DNA from: a virus
Direction: 5' to 3' (one strand)
Virus record (IMG/VR): IMGVR_UViG_3300032214_000986
Location: 32,001 to 96,000 of that record
Length of the DNA: 64,000 bases
The notes below the pieces were generated by a model that worked only from the letters and a program-made list of their open reading frames with translations, was not told the DNA's origin and did no database searches. Position 1 is the stretch's first letter, and the number at the start of each line of letters is the position of its first letter. The translations under genes and the position numbers were made by a program. Positions 19,878 to 30,345 of the stretch are shown here, one piece after another.

Positions 19878-19915
19878 TAGTGTAATCATTTATAAACCCT
19901 TTAAAAAAAAAGTAT

Positions 19916-20359
19916 ATGAAAAATTTAATCGTTGCAACATTCGTCTTTTTATTCTCACTTTCATTAAATGCACAAAAACAATACAACTTTTTTAGTGTAT
20001 ACGGGTTTGACTACTACGACATTACAGGTAAAAACATGAAGTCTGAAGATGTGTTAAAAGGTAAAAATCTTGGTACTACCTTTTCTTCAAACGGTTTCAA
20101 TCACTACACCATTAATTTGGAAACTAAAACTTTCACACACAACTACGTATCTTTGGAGAACGGAACTGAAGACCGTAAAGAAGATGTGAGTACAATCACA
20201 AACTTAGTTGAAACACCAAAGTTCATCAAATTCGATGTTAATACTGAGGACTTTGGTAAAATGACTTTGGTTATCAATAAAGTTACCACAACAGATGTTG
20301 ATTTGGTAGTTGTCTTTAAAGAGTCTAATAAGACATACGCAGCAGTCTTTAACAAATAG
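19916..20359 (+). CDS. Secreted hypothetical protein
   Basis: Signal peptide MKNLIVATFVFLFSLSLNA-Q; the Gln after the cleavage site is typical of Bacteroidota. Confidence 0.75.
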   Translation: MKNLIVATFVFLFSLSLNAQKQYNFFSVYGFDYYDITGKNMKSEDVLKGKNLGTTFSSNGFNHYTINLETKTFTHNYVSLENGTEDRKEDVSTITNLVETPKFIKFDVNTEDFGKMTLVINKVTTTDVDLVVVFKESNKTYAAVFNK

Positions 20360-20363
20360 AAAT

Positions 20364-20392
20364 AAAAAAACCCTCTTATGGAGGGTTTTTTT
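20364..20392. terminator. Bidirectional terminator
   Basis: aaaaaaaccctc-ttatg-gagggttttttt between convergent genes. Confidence 0.85.
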
Positions 20393-20411
20393 ATTTATTT
20401 AAAATTTTAAC

Positions 20412-20900
20412 TTATTTTACTAAAGCCATTGCTTCTTTTGCTCCAGCAACAACATTCATAGGTGATCCTGCAGATGGAGAACTTGGTTGTCCTTTTGAAT
20501 CACAGTACGCTCTTACCGCTTTATCAATAGCACCACCTTTTGAGAATACGTATGTACTACCACCTTCAAAAAGGTCAGCAGAACTTCTTGGGCTTAAGTT
20601 AGCAGGGTTTTGACTTACACCATCAATCTCTTTTCCACATCCAGCGTAAAGTACGATACCACCTTTAACTACAACTTCACCATTATTTTTAATTCTCATA
20701 CCGTTGAATTTAACTTGTGCTGTAGCAACACCTCTGTGTCCAGAACCAGGAGCTACTGTTGGTTGTGATAACGCAATAGCGTAACCTTGCATGTCTCGGC
20801 TATATCCAGCATCAACGATAGGTTGTGTTTTTTGTTCTTCGATAACTCGTTTAACGATTCTTGTTAAATCTGATTCCGTTAGTCTAATAATTTTTTTCAT
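20412..20900 (-). CDS. Hypothetical protein with MKKIIRLTESDL..IVKRVIEEQ leader
   Basis: 162-aa ORF with an amphipathic leader. Confidence 0.7.
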   Translation of the reverse strand: MKKIIRLTESDLTRIVKRVIEEQKTQPIVDAGYSRDMQGYAIALSQPTVAPGSGHRGVATAQVKFNGMRIKNNGEVVVKGGIVLYAGCGKEIDGVSQNPANLSPRSSADLFEGGSTYVFSKGGAIDKAVRAYCDSKGQPSSPSAGSPMNVVAGAKEAMALVK

Positions 20901-21008
20901 AATTTAGTTTTATTTTTATTGTTTTTATTATCTTTTACATATAAATATACTATATGCTTAAAAAAATACATTCATTAATGAATTTCATATAAATATTTTA
21001 ATTTTAAA

Positions 21009-21284
21009 TTAACCCCCCATTGGTGGATTAGGGTCTGTCCATTCTGATGTTGCCAAAATAACCAATATTTCCTCATAAGTGTAAGGACCGTCTTTTGTAG
21101 TTAGATTAGATACACATTCCGGCATTACACCGTCCCACTTAACGAATGTTTTTGTTTCATCAACCGATTTTCTAACGGTCTCTTCAGATGTCTCCAATAC
21201 TTGTGCGAAGTCAATCTGTTCTAATTCCGATACGTTAAATATCATGAATTCTCTGTTTTCGTAATCTTGTAATTGTGTTTCCAT
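21009..21284 (-). CDS. Small acidic protein, possible fibre-associated or chaperone protein
   Basis: 91 aa; follows a LamG protein; TVRKSVDETKTFVKWDG...GPYTYEEIL. Confidence 0.6.
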   Translation of the reverse strand: METQLQDYENREFMIFNVSELEQIDFAQVLETSEETVRKSVDETKTFVKWDGVMPECVSNLTTKDGPYTYEEILVILATSEWTDPNPPMGG

Positions 21285-21297
21285 ATTTTATAAATAG

Positions 21298-22986
21298 TTA
21301 TAATCCAAATCTTGATTTTTGAGCGTTATAGTTTTGTAGAACCTCATTACTACTTAGAGGTCGATTATAAATCTGAGTTAACGCAACATTACCACTCCAA
21401 TAGTTACTCACCGATGTGTTGTTAATTCTGCCAACACCTAAAACTCTTGCACTATCTCCTGTTGAAAAGGTACCAAAATTATTAGGGGTATCAAACGAAA
21501 TTCCATTTTTATAAAATTGACAATTCGTCCCATTCCCAACACAAGTAACAAGCACCCAATTATTATCAGTGAAAAAATTATTTTTAGTTTGATTAAGAGT
21601 AAATTGACCTGAAGTCCCATACGTTATTGACAACCACAATCTTCCAGAAGTGGCAGAATGACCTAAATAGAATCCTTTAGAACCGGCAGTTCCATCATTA
21701 TTACCCATAAAATATCTTGCGGTTGTTAAATCACTAAGTTTAACCCAGGCACTGATTGTAAAAATACCCGTATTTTGTATGAACGAAAATGTTGACGTAG
21801 TTCCTATGTTTGTGACATAATCATCAACTCCATCAAAAACTATAGACCCTCCGCCATCTGTACTATATGTTGGACCATTTGTTAATGTTCCGGTACCTCC
21901 GCTCACTCCACTAATGTTATTCCAAGTTGTACCTGTACCGGGATATGACACACCATATCCCGCATCCAAATAATTAACCAATCCATTTGTCACTATGTTT
22001 TCACCCAAGAATCTTGGGAATTGTGCTTGGTAGTTTTGTAAAACTTCCGTTGAGGATATTTCTCTATTGTAGATTTTGGTTGTTGAAATATTACCAATAA
22101 GGTCATCACCTATTTGTAAATTATAGGTATTAGTTGATAAATTACCAGAACCAACAGGATTACCCTGAGAAACCCCATTAATATAAAGTCTCCCTCCGTT
22201 AGAATATGTCCATACTACGTTACACCATTGATTTAATGGAATAACCCCACTATCAGGAGAAACAATTCCCCATACACCTCCTCTAGTTGCTAATACTCTT
22301 ATTATATTTGGGCTATATGTTCCTGCAAAGTATAATTGGAAATTACCGTCTAATGTTCCGTTATATTTCTTTAAAAAATTTATAGAGTAAGTATCTGTCC
22401 TATAACTGGTGGGATAAAACCAACAATCTACCGATATGTTGTTTGCAATATCTAATGAATTACTATCCGATACTGTAATTATATCATCAACACCATCAAA
22501 CACGATTGATCCACCTTTGGTTGGGTTATAAGTCGGTCCATTAGTTAGTGTACCATTATTTCCACTATAGGATAAATCATACAAGGTTGTTCCCGATCTC
22601 GAATATGATGGTGTAAATCCTGCGTCAAGATTTAACACCAACCCATTTGTGACTATAGATTCATAATCCTTATTTACACAAACATTATTTGTTTGCGTTG
22701 CATACCAATTCAAGCATTGGGTTATTCCCGTAAATGTTTGTCCCGCTAAATTATTTGTAAATGTTATCAATTCCGCATCGTTATTTGCCGAATAAAAACT
22801 TATATTACTTTCTTGACTTGCATTATATTGATATACAGTATACCCACTAACGACAGGACTAACCCCATTGTATGTTTTTGTAACATTTGATGGGCCTTTA
22901 CCGACATCACCAGTACCAATAAAGAAATTACCTTTCTTTAATGAAAATGTGTCTCCTGTTGTTGAATATTTTATTGTATTTGGCAT
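21298..22986 (-). CDS. Tandem LamG/concanavalin A-like domain protein (putative receptor-binding protein)
   Basis: Two copies of IVTNGLV..LDAG...SY...GTT...GTLTNGPTY....GGSIVFDGVDD...IYNR.....EVLQNY. Confidence 0.85.
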   Translation of the reverse strand: MPNTIKYSTTGDTFSLKKGNFFIGTGDVGKGPSNVTKTYNGVSPVVSGYTVYQYNASQESNISFYSANNDAELITFTNNLAGQTFTGITQCLNWYATQTNNVCVNKDYESIVTNGLVLNLDAGFTPSYSRSGTTLYDLSYSGNNGTLTNGPTYNPTKGGSIVFDGVDDIITVSDSNSLDIANNISVDCWFYPTSYRTDTYSINFLKKYNGTLDGNFQLYFAGTYSPNIIRVLATRGGVWGIVSPDSGVIPLNQWCNVVWTYSNGGRLYINGVSQGNPVGSGNLSTNTYNLQIGDDLIGNISTTKIYNREISSTEVLQNYQAQFPRFLGENIVTNGLVNYLDAGYGVSYPGTGTTWNNISGVSGGTGTLTNGPTYSTDGGGSIVFDGVDDYVTNIGTTSTFSFIQNTGIFTISAWVKLSDLTTARYFMGNNDGTAGSKGFYLGHSATSGRLWLSITYGTSGQFTLNQTKNNFFTDNNWVLVTCVGNGTNCQFYKNGISFDTPNNFGTFSTGDSARVLGVGRINNTSVSNYWSGNVALTQIYNRPLSSNEVLQNYNAQKSRFGL

Positions 22987-22989
22987 ATA

Positions 22990-23244
22990 TTAATTATCGT
23001 ATCCGTATGTCTCATTATTATCAATTATTTTCCATATTGAATGGAAGTTACTTGTCGGTCTTTCAACCAATAATTCATCAACATAATCCCACCAAGAATT
23101 AAGTTGTTGTTCTGTCAATGTTGAAGAACATTGACCTCTATAAATTACACCATATGGTTGTTCTTGATTCAATTGTATAGTGCTAACGTTACTGTTGAAT
23201 TGAATTATTTGGTCATCTGTTGTTTTAAATTCTACCTGTCTCAT
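22990..23244 (-). CDS. Hypothetical protein
   Basis: 84-aa ORF coupled to both neighbours. Confidence 0.6.
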   Translation of the reverse strand: MRQVEFKTTDDQIIQFNSNVSTIQLNQEQPYGVIYRGQCSSTLTEQQLNSWWDYVDELLVERPTSNFHSIWKIIDNNETYGYDN

Positions 23245-25013
23245 TTTACCATTATCATATATTGATTTGTCCCACCATAAGTTAATCCGTTAGAAACGTA
23301 TGTTCCAAAATCATAAACACCTCCAGTATTTGTGGAACCACCACACCAAGGTCCCGAATAATAAAAGTTCGCACCGCAATATACGGTAGACATTGACGTT
23401 GGGGTACCTCCATAACCGGCAAACCCACAACAATCCCTCATATAATAAATATTATTATTAGTCGCCGTTGTTGTATATCCAATAGCTCCCTGCATTCCAG
23501 GAAAACTTGTTGTACCATAAACTGCGGTGTTGCTTTTTAATGTTGATGTTGAGTAAGATTGTTGAGTGTCTGACCCAAAAAAAGTTGAGTAGGTTACGTT
23601 ATATTTATATATGAATGGACCCCAAGTATTATCAAAATTTGTTCTTTGATTGCCGTAAATATAAGATGTAAAAGTTGTATTTCCGTCCCATATTTCACCC
23701 CAACCTAATTGATACGCTTGTGAGAAATCATTTATACTACCTATGGAACCACCTTTCCATCCCCAATTCTCACCATTATAATTTACGGTACTTGAGTGAC
23801 TTCTGGCAACTAACATCCATCCACCACCATCTGTGGTCATATCACAATAAACTTGATATGGAGATGAGTTTGACCCTCCGGGATAAACCCAATATAAACC
23901 ATCATATCCTGCGAGTTGTGGAAATGTGTCTATAATATCTTTACAAGTTTTACAATTTGTGAATGCTTTTTGACCACCATACCTAAAATTACTCAAAACT
24001 TCTGATGCAGATAACGATCTATTGTATATTGAAAATTGTGCAATGTTACCTTTTAATGGGTTTATAGTTGATGAGTAGTTAGATCTACCAATATTTAATG
24101 TTCTTGACGATGGCCCTGAATAATAATTTCCTTGATTTGCGTTACCGCTCCCACCCCCTCTTAATGTTGTTGTAGAAGCAACACCATTTATGTACCATTG
24201 ACCTACTTTATCCGGATTTTGACAAGTAAATGTACAATGTGTCCATTCGGTACCAATCGTATTATCGTTTGTTGACCCGGCAATTAGACGATAATTTAAA
24301 ATAGAGCCCGTAACTTGGAATCTTATACAATTATCCCCATATCCCGAAATACCATACTCAGCAATAATAAAAAACCCTTTTTCGGCGTTAGTTAAAGTAT
24401 TACCCGCAACTACATATCTGGTATTATTTGCAAATTTTTTAATCCAAAACGAAACTGAAAACGTTCCAGCTGAAAAAATATAGTTATAATCACTAGTCGT
24501 ACCAATATCATTAATATAATCATCGACACCATCAAATGCAATACTACCACCGTTTGTTGTACTAAATGTAGGGCTATTCGTTAAAGTTCCATTATTGGTT
24601 CTAGCGATATCATACCAAGTAGTGTTAGTCGTTGGGTATGACGGTGTAAATCCCGCATCCATTAATAAATCTAACCCCGATGTTTTAATAGCATCATAAT
24701 CAATATTTAAAACCATTTTATCAGTTTGTGTCATGAACCAACTTAGACATTCGGCAACCGTCGTATAATTTTGAGATGCAATTCTATTAGTAAGAATTAT
24801 AAGTTCAGAATCAGAATTAGCTGCGTAAATGGCAGGTCCATTAGTTGATTTATTAAGATACACTGCGTAACCACCTCTTACGGGTGAAAGTCCATGCCAA
24901 AAACCGGTAGTGCTCGTAGGACCTTTACCAACGTCATTTGTCCCGATCCAAAAGTTACCTTTTTTTAATGCCAATGTTTCTGTACTTGCGTTATATTTAA
25001 ACGTATTCGCCAT
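23241..25013 (-). CDS. LamG plus fibrinogen-C/intelectin-like domain protein (putative receptor-binding protein)
   Basis: LamG repeat followed by TCKDI...DGLYWV...QVYCDMTTDGGGWMLVA. Confidence 0.85.
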   Translation of the reverse strand: MANTFKYNASTETLALKKGNFWIGTNDVGKGPTSTTGFWHGLSPVRGGYAVYLNKSTNGPAIYAANSDSELIILTNRIASQNYTTVAECLSWFMTQTDKMVLNIDYDAIKTSGLDLLMDAGFTPSYPTTNTTWYDIARTNNGTLTNSPTFSTTNGGSIAFDGVDDYINDIGTTSDYNYIFSAGTFSVSFWIKKFANNTRYVVAGNTLTNAEKGFFIIAEYGISGYGDNCIRFQVTGSILNYRLIAGSTNDNTIGTEWTHCTFTCQNPDKVGQWYINGVASTTTLRGGGSGNANQGNYYSGPSSRTLNIGRSNYSSTINPLKGNIAQFSIYNRSLSASEVLSNFRYGGQKAFTNCKTCKDIIDTFPQLAGYDGLYWVYPGGSNSSPYQVYCDMTTDGGGWMLVARSHSSTVNYNGENWGWKGGSIGSINDFSQAYQLGWGEIWDGNTTFTSYIYGNQRTNFDNTWGPFIYKYNVTYSTFFGSDTQQSYSTSTLKSNTAVYGTTSFPGMQGAIGYTTTATNNNIYYMRDCCGFAGYGGTPTSMSTVYCGANFYYSGPWCGGSTNTGGVYDFGTYVSNGLTYGGTNQYMIMVK

Positions 25014-25034
25014 TAATCTTTATTAGATAAATAC

Positions 25035-25065
25035 TTTGTTTTTAAATAACAAATACCTATATTTT
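25035..25065 (+). promoter_or_regulatory. Possible Bacteroidota-type promoter of the glycosylation operon
   Basis: TTTG, 19-nt spacer, TATATTTT (one mismatch to TAnnTTTG). Confidence 0.45.
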
Positions 25066-25069
25066 TACT

Positions 25070-27670
25070 ATGGAAAAACTGCTTTTTATTGCCCCTCACT
25101 TATCAACAGGGGGGTTACCTCAAGTTTTGGTTAATAAAATTGAGTTATTAAAAAATGATTACATTATTAAATGTGTAGAATGGGATTGGACAGGCGATGC
25201 ATTTGTTATTCAAAAAAACAGAGTTAAAGAACATATTGGTCCTGAGAACCTTATAACTTTAGGTGAAGATAAAACAAAACTTTTTGATATTATTTCAGAT
25301 TTTAATCCTGACTTAATTTGTTTGGAGGAGTTTTGTGAACACTTCATACCTGAAGAAATTAATAAAAAACTATTTTCAAAAGATAGGTCATATAAATTAT
25401 TTGAAACGACTCACGATTCAAGCATTCCCGTAACAAACAAAAGATGGTTCCCTGATAAGTTTATTTTTGTCAGCCCATTCAATGCGTTTAGATACTCTAT
25501 GTTTGACGTTCCTTATGATATTATCGAATACCCAATAGATGCGGTGACACCAAATAAAGAATGGGCACAAGAACAATTAATGCTTGACCCCAATTTTAAA
25601 CATGTAGTCATTGTTGGTTTATTCACCGAAAGAAAAAACCAAGCATATGCATTTGAAATGGCAAGAAGAGTAATTGGTCAAAATATATTATTTCATTTCA
25701 TTGGGAATCAAGCCGATAATTTCGCACATTACTGGTTACCATTAATGGGTAATAAACCAGGTAACTGTATTGTATGGGGTGAACGAAATGACGTGGACAC
25801 TTTTTTACAGGCATCTGACTTATTTTTATTCCCGTCAAAAGGAGACAGAAATAATAAAGAATTAAACCCGATAGCAATAAAGGAAGCTATCAAATATGAA
25901 TTACCGATGATGATGTTCAATTTGGATGTTTATTGTGGTAAGTACAATAATAACCAAAAAATTAAATTTATGAGTGGAGACATCACCCAAGACACAAACA
26001 CATTATTAGGTATGTTAGGTAAAAATGATATTTTATCATTGTTTAGTTTATCGTACGAATCGAATGAAAATAAAATTAATATTCATTATAACCACACAGG
26101 GTCTAATGATATTAATGTTGTTGTAAAATGTATGACATCAAACGCACCGATGTATTGGTTCAACTTAAATTTTACAGAACCTTTAACTTATTTCGTTATT
26201 CCGATACCGACTAGCGTTATGAAATTTGAAGGTATGAAAAACTTTAGAGGTTTTTCAGTTGAGTTTTATAGTAATGGTGATAACACGTATTTGGGTAAAA
26301 AGGAAGTAGTTGTTAATAACGTATACCCTAATATACCAAGATTTAATTTTAAACCGTTCGATTGTAACTATGTAAATTATCACGAATTCTTTATCGATAA
26401 ATGTTTTAGTGGTTTAGGGTTGGAAAATTTGGACACTGTTATTGATATTGGTGCTAACGTAGGATTGTTCGCAAAATACATGTACTCAATAAATACCAAA
26501 AAAGTTATTTTGGTTGAAGCTAACCCTTATTTAAGAGAAAGTATAGAAACATTATTAGACACAGATAATGAAAAATCGGTAATATACATGAATCCTATTT
26601 ATGGCGAAAAGACAACTATTCCATTTAGATTCTCAATGGAAAACACTACTATCGGGTCTAATTATTTTGGTACTGACCACGATAGTTATAGTCAATTAAC
26701 AAATGTAATTGATTGTGAAACAATCACATTAGATGAGATTTTAAAAGATAATAATTATGAACGAATCTCATTATTAAAATGTGATATTGAGGGTGGTGAG
26801 TATCCTTTCTTTGAGTCCGTTACCGATGAACAAATCCAACTTGTTGATAGATTCATGATTGAGTTTCATGGTAATGTTAATCATGAAATTGACCCAATAT
26901 TAGAAAAACTTGAAAGAAATGATTATGAATATGAAATTATTTTATTCGAGATGGGTAGGCAAATCCGTTCACACAAGGGTATCGAACACGGAGTTATTTT
27001 TGCAAAACCAAAAAGTAAAAGAGATAAAAAACCAGGGTCAATTAATGGGTCGGTTTATCAAGTAACTAAAGATTTTGAACAAGCGCTTTGTGATTATACC
27101 GGTGCACCTTACGCAGTCACCGTGGATAACCAAAGTAACGCATTGTTTTTGGCATTAATGTATGAGAAGATTAAAGGGAAAACAATTAGAATCCCATCTA
27201 GAACATATCCTTCAGTACCTTGTGAAATTATACACGCAGGAGGCAAAGTAGAGTTTGAAGATTTTGGAGGTACAACGTTAAAAGGAGCATACCAACTACA
27301 ACCAACCAAAGTTTGGGATAGTGCGTTAAGATTTACTTCAGATATGTACATTCATAATTCACATATGTGTTTATCATTTACCGGACCTTATAAACATTTA
27401 AAACTTGGTAAGGGTGGTGCTATTCTTACGGATGATTACGAAGCATACAAATGGTTTAAACGAGCAAGATATTCAGGTAGAAACGAATGTTCTTACCATG
27501 AGGATGAATTAGATATGTTGGGTTGGAATTTTTATATGTTACCGGAATTGGCGTCTCGTGGACTTCTACTTATGAACCAATTCTATAAAGTTGACGGATC
27601 CCCTAAACATAATGAGGATTTGGAATTACCTTATCCTGACCTATCCAAATTTGACGTATACAAAAAATAA
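25070..27670 (+). CDS. Fusion of GT-B (GT4-like) glycosyltransferase, FkbM methyltransferase and DegT-family aminotransferase
   Basis: HLSTGG...VGLFTERKNQ...DLFLFPS...EA; IDIGANVG...LLKCDIEGGE...IEFH; FEQALCDYTGAPYAV...DSA...SFTGPYKHLKLGKGGAILT. Confidence 0.85.
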   Translation: MEKLLFIAPHLSTGGLPQVLVNKIELLKNDYIIKCVEWDWTGDAFVIQKNRVKEHIGPENLITLGEDKTKLFDIISDFNPDLICLEEFCEHFIPEEINKKLFSKDRSYKLFETTHDSSIPVTNKRWFPDKFIFVSPFNAFRYSMFDVPYDIIEYPIDAVTPNKEWAQEQLMLDPNFKHVVIVGLFTERKNQAYAFEMARRVIGQNILFHFIGNQADNFAHYWLPLMGNKPGNCIVWGERNDVDTFLQASDLFLFPSKGDRNNKELNPIAIKEAIKYELPMMMFNLDVYCGKYNNNQKIKFMSGDITQDTNTLLGMLGKNDILSLFSLSYESNENKINIHYNHTGSNDINVVVKCMTSNAPMYWFNLNFTEPLTYFVIPIPTSVMKFEGMKNFRGFSVEFYSNGDNTYLGKKEVVVNNVYPNIPRFNFKPFDCNYVNYHEFFIDKCFSGLGLENLDTVIDIGANVGLFAKYMYSINTKKVILVEANPYLRESIETLLDTDNEKSVIYMNPIYGEKTTIPFRFSMENTTIGSNYFGTDHDSYSQLTNVIDCETITLDEILKDNNYERISLLKCDIEGGEYPFFESVTDEQIQLVDRFMIEFHGNVNHEIDPILEKLERNDYEYEIILFEMGRQIRSHKGIEHGVIFAKPKSKRDKKPGSINGSVYQVTKDFEQALCDYTGAPYAVTVDNQSNALFLALMYEKIKGKTIRIPSRTYPSVPCEIIHAGGKVEFEDFGGTTLKGAYQLQPTKVWDSALRFTSDMYIHNSHMCLSFTGPYKHLKLGKGGAILTDDYEAYKWFKRARYSGRNECSYHEDELDMLGWNFYMLPELASRGLLLMNQFYKVDGSPKHNEDLELPYPDLSKFDVYKK

Positions 27671-27671
27671 T

Positions 27672-28466
27672 ATGTATAATAACAAAAAAATTTCATTAGC
27701 CATAACATCATCTAAAAGATTTGAGTTACTACAAATGACTATTCGTGGTTTTGTCACATTTTGTAATGATTTAGATATTATCGATAATATTATATTTTTT
27801 GATGATTCATCGTCAAATATTGATAAAATTAATATGGAACGACTATTACGAGACAAGTTTCCAAATAAAAATATAATAGTAACTCATTTTTATAAAAATT
27901 CTTTTGAGGATGGATACAGACATTCAAGAATTTTAAATGAAATGAGAAAAAAATTAATTGAGACTGAAACTGATTACTTTTTTATGTTGGAGGATGATTA
28001 TCTCTTTGTTAATCATTTTTACATAAAAGAAGCTATAGACATATTAGAAAACAATGAAGAATATGGGTATGTGGGGTTTTCACAATCTTATAAAAATTTT
28101 CCACCTGAAATCCAACCTAAAATTATTGGTGACTTCTGGGAATGGTATTACGATACCGAAAAACCTATAAACGAACATCTATTTTTAGATGAGGTTTCTG
28201 CCACCCAAACAATGATTCCAAATATTTGGATGATGTATACAAATTGGCCTAGTTTCTCACTTAGACCCGGTATTAACCACACAGAAAGATTTTTAAGTAT
28301 CGGTGAATTTTCGACAGACTACGATACAAATGAAATGAGAACCGAGTTGGAGTTTGCAATAAGATGGTCAAAAAAATATAAAAGTCTTTGTCATAAAAAC
28401 TTTCATATAATAAATTTAGCGTGGGACTCAACTAAAAGTTCATACAATTTAAATAATAGTAATTAA
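27672..28466 (+). CDS. GT-A (GT2-like) glycosyltransferase
   Basis: IIFFDDSS, YFFMLEDDY; start moved to ATG 27672, just after the upstream stop. Confidence 0.7.
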   Translation: MYNNKKISLAITSSKRFELLQMTIRGFVTFCNDLDIIDNIIFFDDSSSNIDKINMERLLRDKFPNKNIIVTHFYKNSFEDGYRHSRILNEMRKKLIETETDYFFMLEDDYLFVNHFYIKEAIDILENNEEYGYVGFSQSYKNFPPEIQPKIIGDFWEWYYDTEKPINEHLFLDEVSATQTMIPNIWMMYTNWPSFSLRPGINHTERFLSIGEFSTDYDTNEMRTELEFAIRWSKKYKSLCHKNFHIINLAWDSTKSSYNLNNSN

Positions 28467-29767
28467 TGGATTTTAATAATTTATGGGAAAAATGTTTAAG
28501 ATATAATATTGAACAAAAACCCGAGGAGTTTAAACAATTTTTAGAGGTTTTAGGTAACCAAAAGAATAAAAAATATGCACTAGAGATTGGGTCAAATTAT
28601 GGTGGGACTTCATACGCATTATGTCATATATATGATTATGTAATATCTTTAGATATCAAACATCATGAAAATTTTGATAAGATAAAGGAGGAGTTCCCAA
28701 ACTACAACTATATAATTTCAGACTCAACATTAAATGATACTGTTAAAATTATTAAAAATTTAGGTATTGTGTTTGATTTTATATTCATTGATGGCGACCA
28801 CTCATATGACGGTGTTAAAAACGATTATGATAAGTATAAACAATTTTTATCCCACGATGGGTTTTTAGGTTTTCATGACATCATACCAAGTGAAGAAACA
28901 GAAAAACATAATATTTTTGTACATAAGTTCTTTAAAGAATTAAAAGAAACTTACAACGAAGTGTATGAATTCGTCGCAACAGAAAAAAACCCAATTTATA
29001 GAAAAGATAATTTATTTCATAAAATATTAGAAAATCAACCGTACGACATTTGGGGGGGTATCGGGTTAATAAAAAATAATAAGGTTTCTATTTTCTCACA
29101 CAACTACCTAGACAACGATTGGTATAATATACTTAACAACCAACTTTTTAAATTAAAAAATAGTGGCCTTTATAAAAGATCTGACAAAATTTATTTAGGG
29201 GTTTATTCCACCCAAAAAAATAATATTAAAATTTTTAAAGATATTATTTTAGGATTCGATGAGGATTTAAAAATTGAGGTCGTGGTTTTTGATAATAATT
29301 TGTCAGAATATGGGACGTTAACCCTTTTACAAAATTATTGTAAAATTAACCCGAATTCTACTGTTTTATATTACCATACTAAAGGGTCGTCTAGAGAAAA
29401 AAATTATTATATAGATTCTTGGAGAGAGTGTTTAGAATATTTTTGTATAGAGGAGTGGTTACGGCCGTTAAAAGACATATTAAATAAAGAGTGTGACGTG
29501 TGCGGGTCACTATACGTTGAGTCATTTAAATTTCTTGATTATCATTTACAAAATTATTTTTCTGGTAATTTTTGGTGGTCATCTTCTAATCATATTAACA
29601 CCTTAGAACAAATCACAAAATTACATCACAATAGTAATGGTGAAAGAATTAATTCAGAACTATGGGTAGGTACTAAACCGCATTATTGGAAAAGTTACTA
29701 TAACGAGAATGTTTCGTCGTGGTATGAACATTATTTTGACCCAAAAAAATATAAAATAAATATATGA
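28466..29767 (+). CDS. Class I SAM methyltransferase fused to a putative glycosyltransferase-like domain
   Basis: LEIGSNYGGT, FIFIDGDHSYDGV..D, FHDI; C-terminal YYHTKG...YFSGNFWW. Confidence 0.75.
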   Translation: MDFNNLWEKCLRYNIEQKPEEFKQFLEVLGNQKNKKYALEIGSNYGGTSYALCHIYDYVISLDIKHHENFDKIKEEFPNYNYIISDSTLNDTVKIIKNLGIVFDFIFIDGDHSYDGVKNDYDKYKQFLSHDGFLGFHDIIPSEETEKHNIFVHKFFKELKETYNEVYEFVATEKNPIYRKDNLFHKILENQPYDIWGGIGLIKNNKVSIFSHNYLDNDWYNILNNQLFKLKNSGLYKRSDKIYLGVYSTQKNNIKIFKDIILGFDEDLKIEVVVFDNNLSEYGTLTLLQNYCKINPNSTVLYYHTKGSSREKNYYIDSWRECLEYFCIEEWLRPLKDILNKECDVCGSLYVESFKFLDYHLQNYFSGNFWWSSSNHINTLEQITKLHHNSNGERINSELWVGTKPHYWKSYYNENVSSWYEHYFDPKKYKINI

Positions 29768-30345
29768 AAAGGGCGATAATAGGTTATGGTGGACACGCAA
29801 GAGAGGTGATGTCCCAAATGGGTGAAAAAATACCTTGTTTTGTTGAGGATGAGTTTTATTTTCCACAAAATAATGTCTTTCCATTATCAGAATTCAATCA
29901 TAATGAATATGAAGTAATGGTTGCTATTGCGGATACAAACGTTAGAAAAAGAATCGTTGATAGATTACCAATTGACACTAAATTTTTTACTTTTATACAC
30001 CCAAATTCATTAATTGGTGAAAATGTGATAATAGGGGATGGTTCATTTATCGGGGCTTACTCAATATTAACAATTGATATAAAGATGGGTAATCACTCAA
30101 TACTTAATCGATTTAATCAGATAGGTCATGACTCGTTTATTGGTGATTATTTTAGTATGATGCCAGGAGCAATAATTTCAGGTAATGTAAAAATAGGGAA
30201 TAAGGTATATTTGGGTACCAACTCATCAATAAAGGAAAAAATCACCATAACCGATGATGTTATTATCGGATTAAATAGCGGTGTCGTTAAAGACATAACA
30301 GAAATGGGTACTTATGTTGGGGTACCAGTTAAAAAAATTAAATAA
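29764..30345 (+). CDS. PglD/NeuD-family sugar acetyltransferase
   Basis: IIGYGGHAREV, VAIAD, FIHP, hexapeptide repeats, IGHD, GVPVK. Confidence 0.9.
   Translation: MKRAIIGYGGHAREVMSQMGEKIPCFVEDEFYFPQNNVFPLSEFNHNEYEVMVAIADTNVRKRIVDRLPIDTKFFTFIHPNSLIGENVIIGDGSFIGAYSILTIDIKMGNHSILNRFNQIGHDSFIGDYFSMMPGAIISGNVKIGNKVYLGTNSSIKEKITITDDVIIGLNSGVVKDITEMGTYVGVPVKKIK

Noticed and set aside
19515-19889. 124-aa minus-strand ORF
   Set aside because: Antisense to the tmRNA, its terminator and the next promoter.
21298-25013. Diversity-generating retroelement acting on the lectin-like genes
   Set aside because: No reverse transcriptase and no near-identical template/variable repeat pair are visible in the window.
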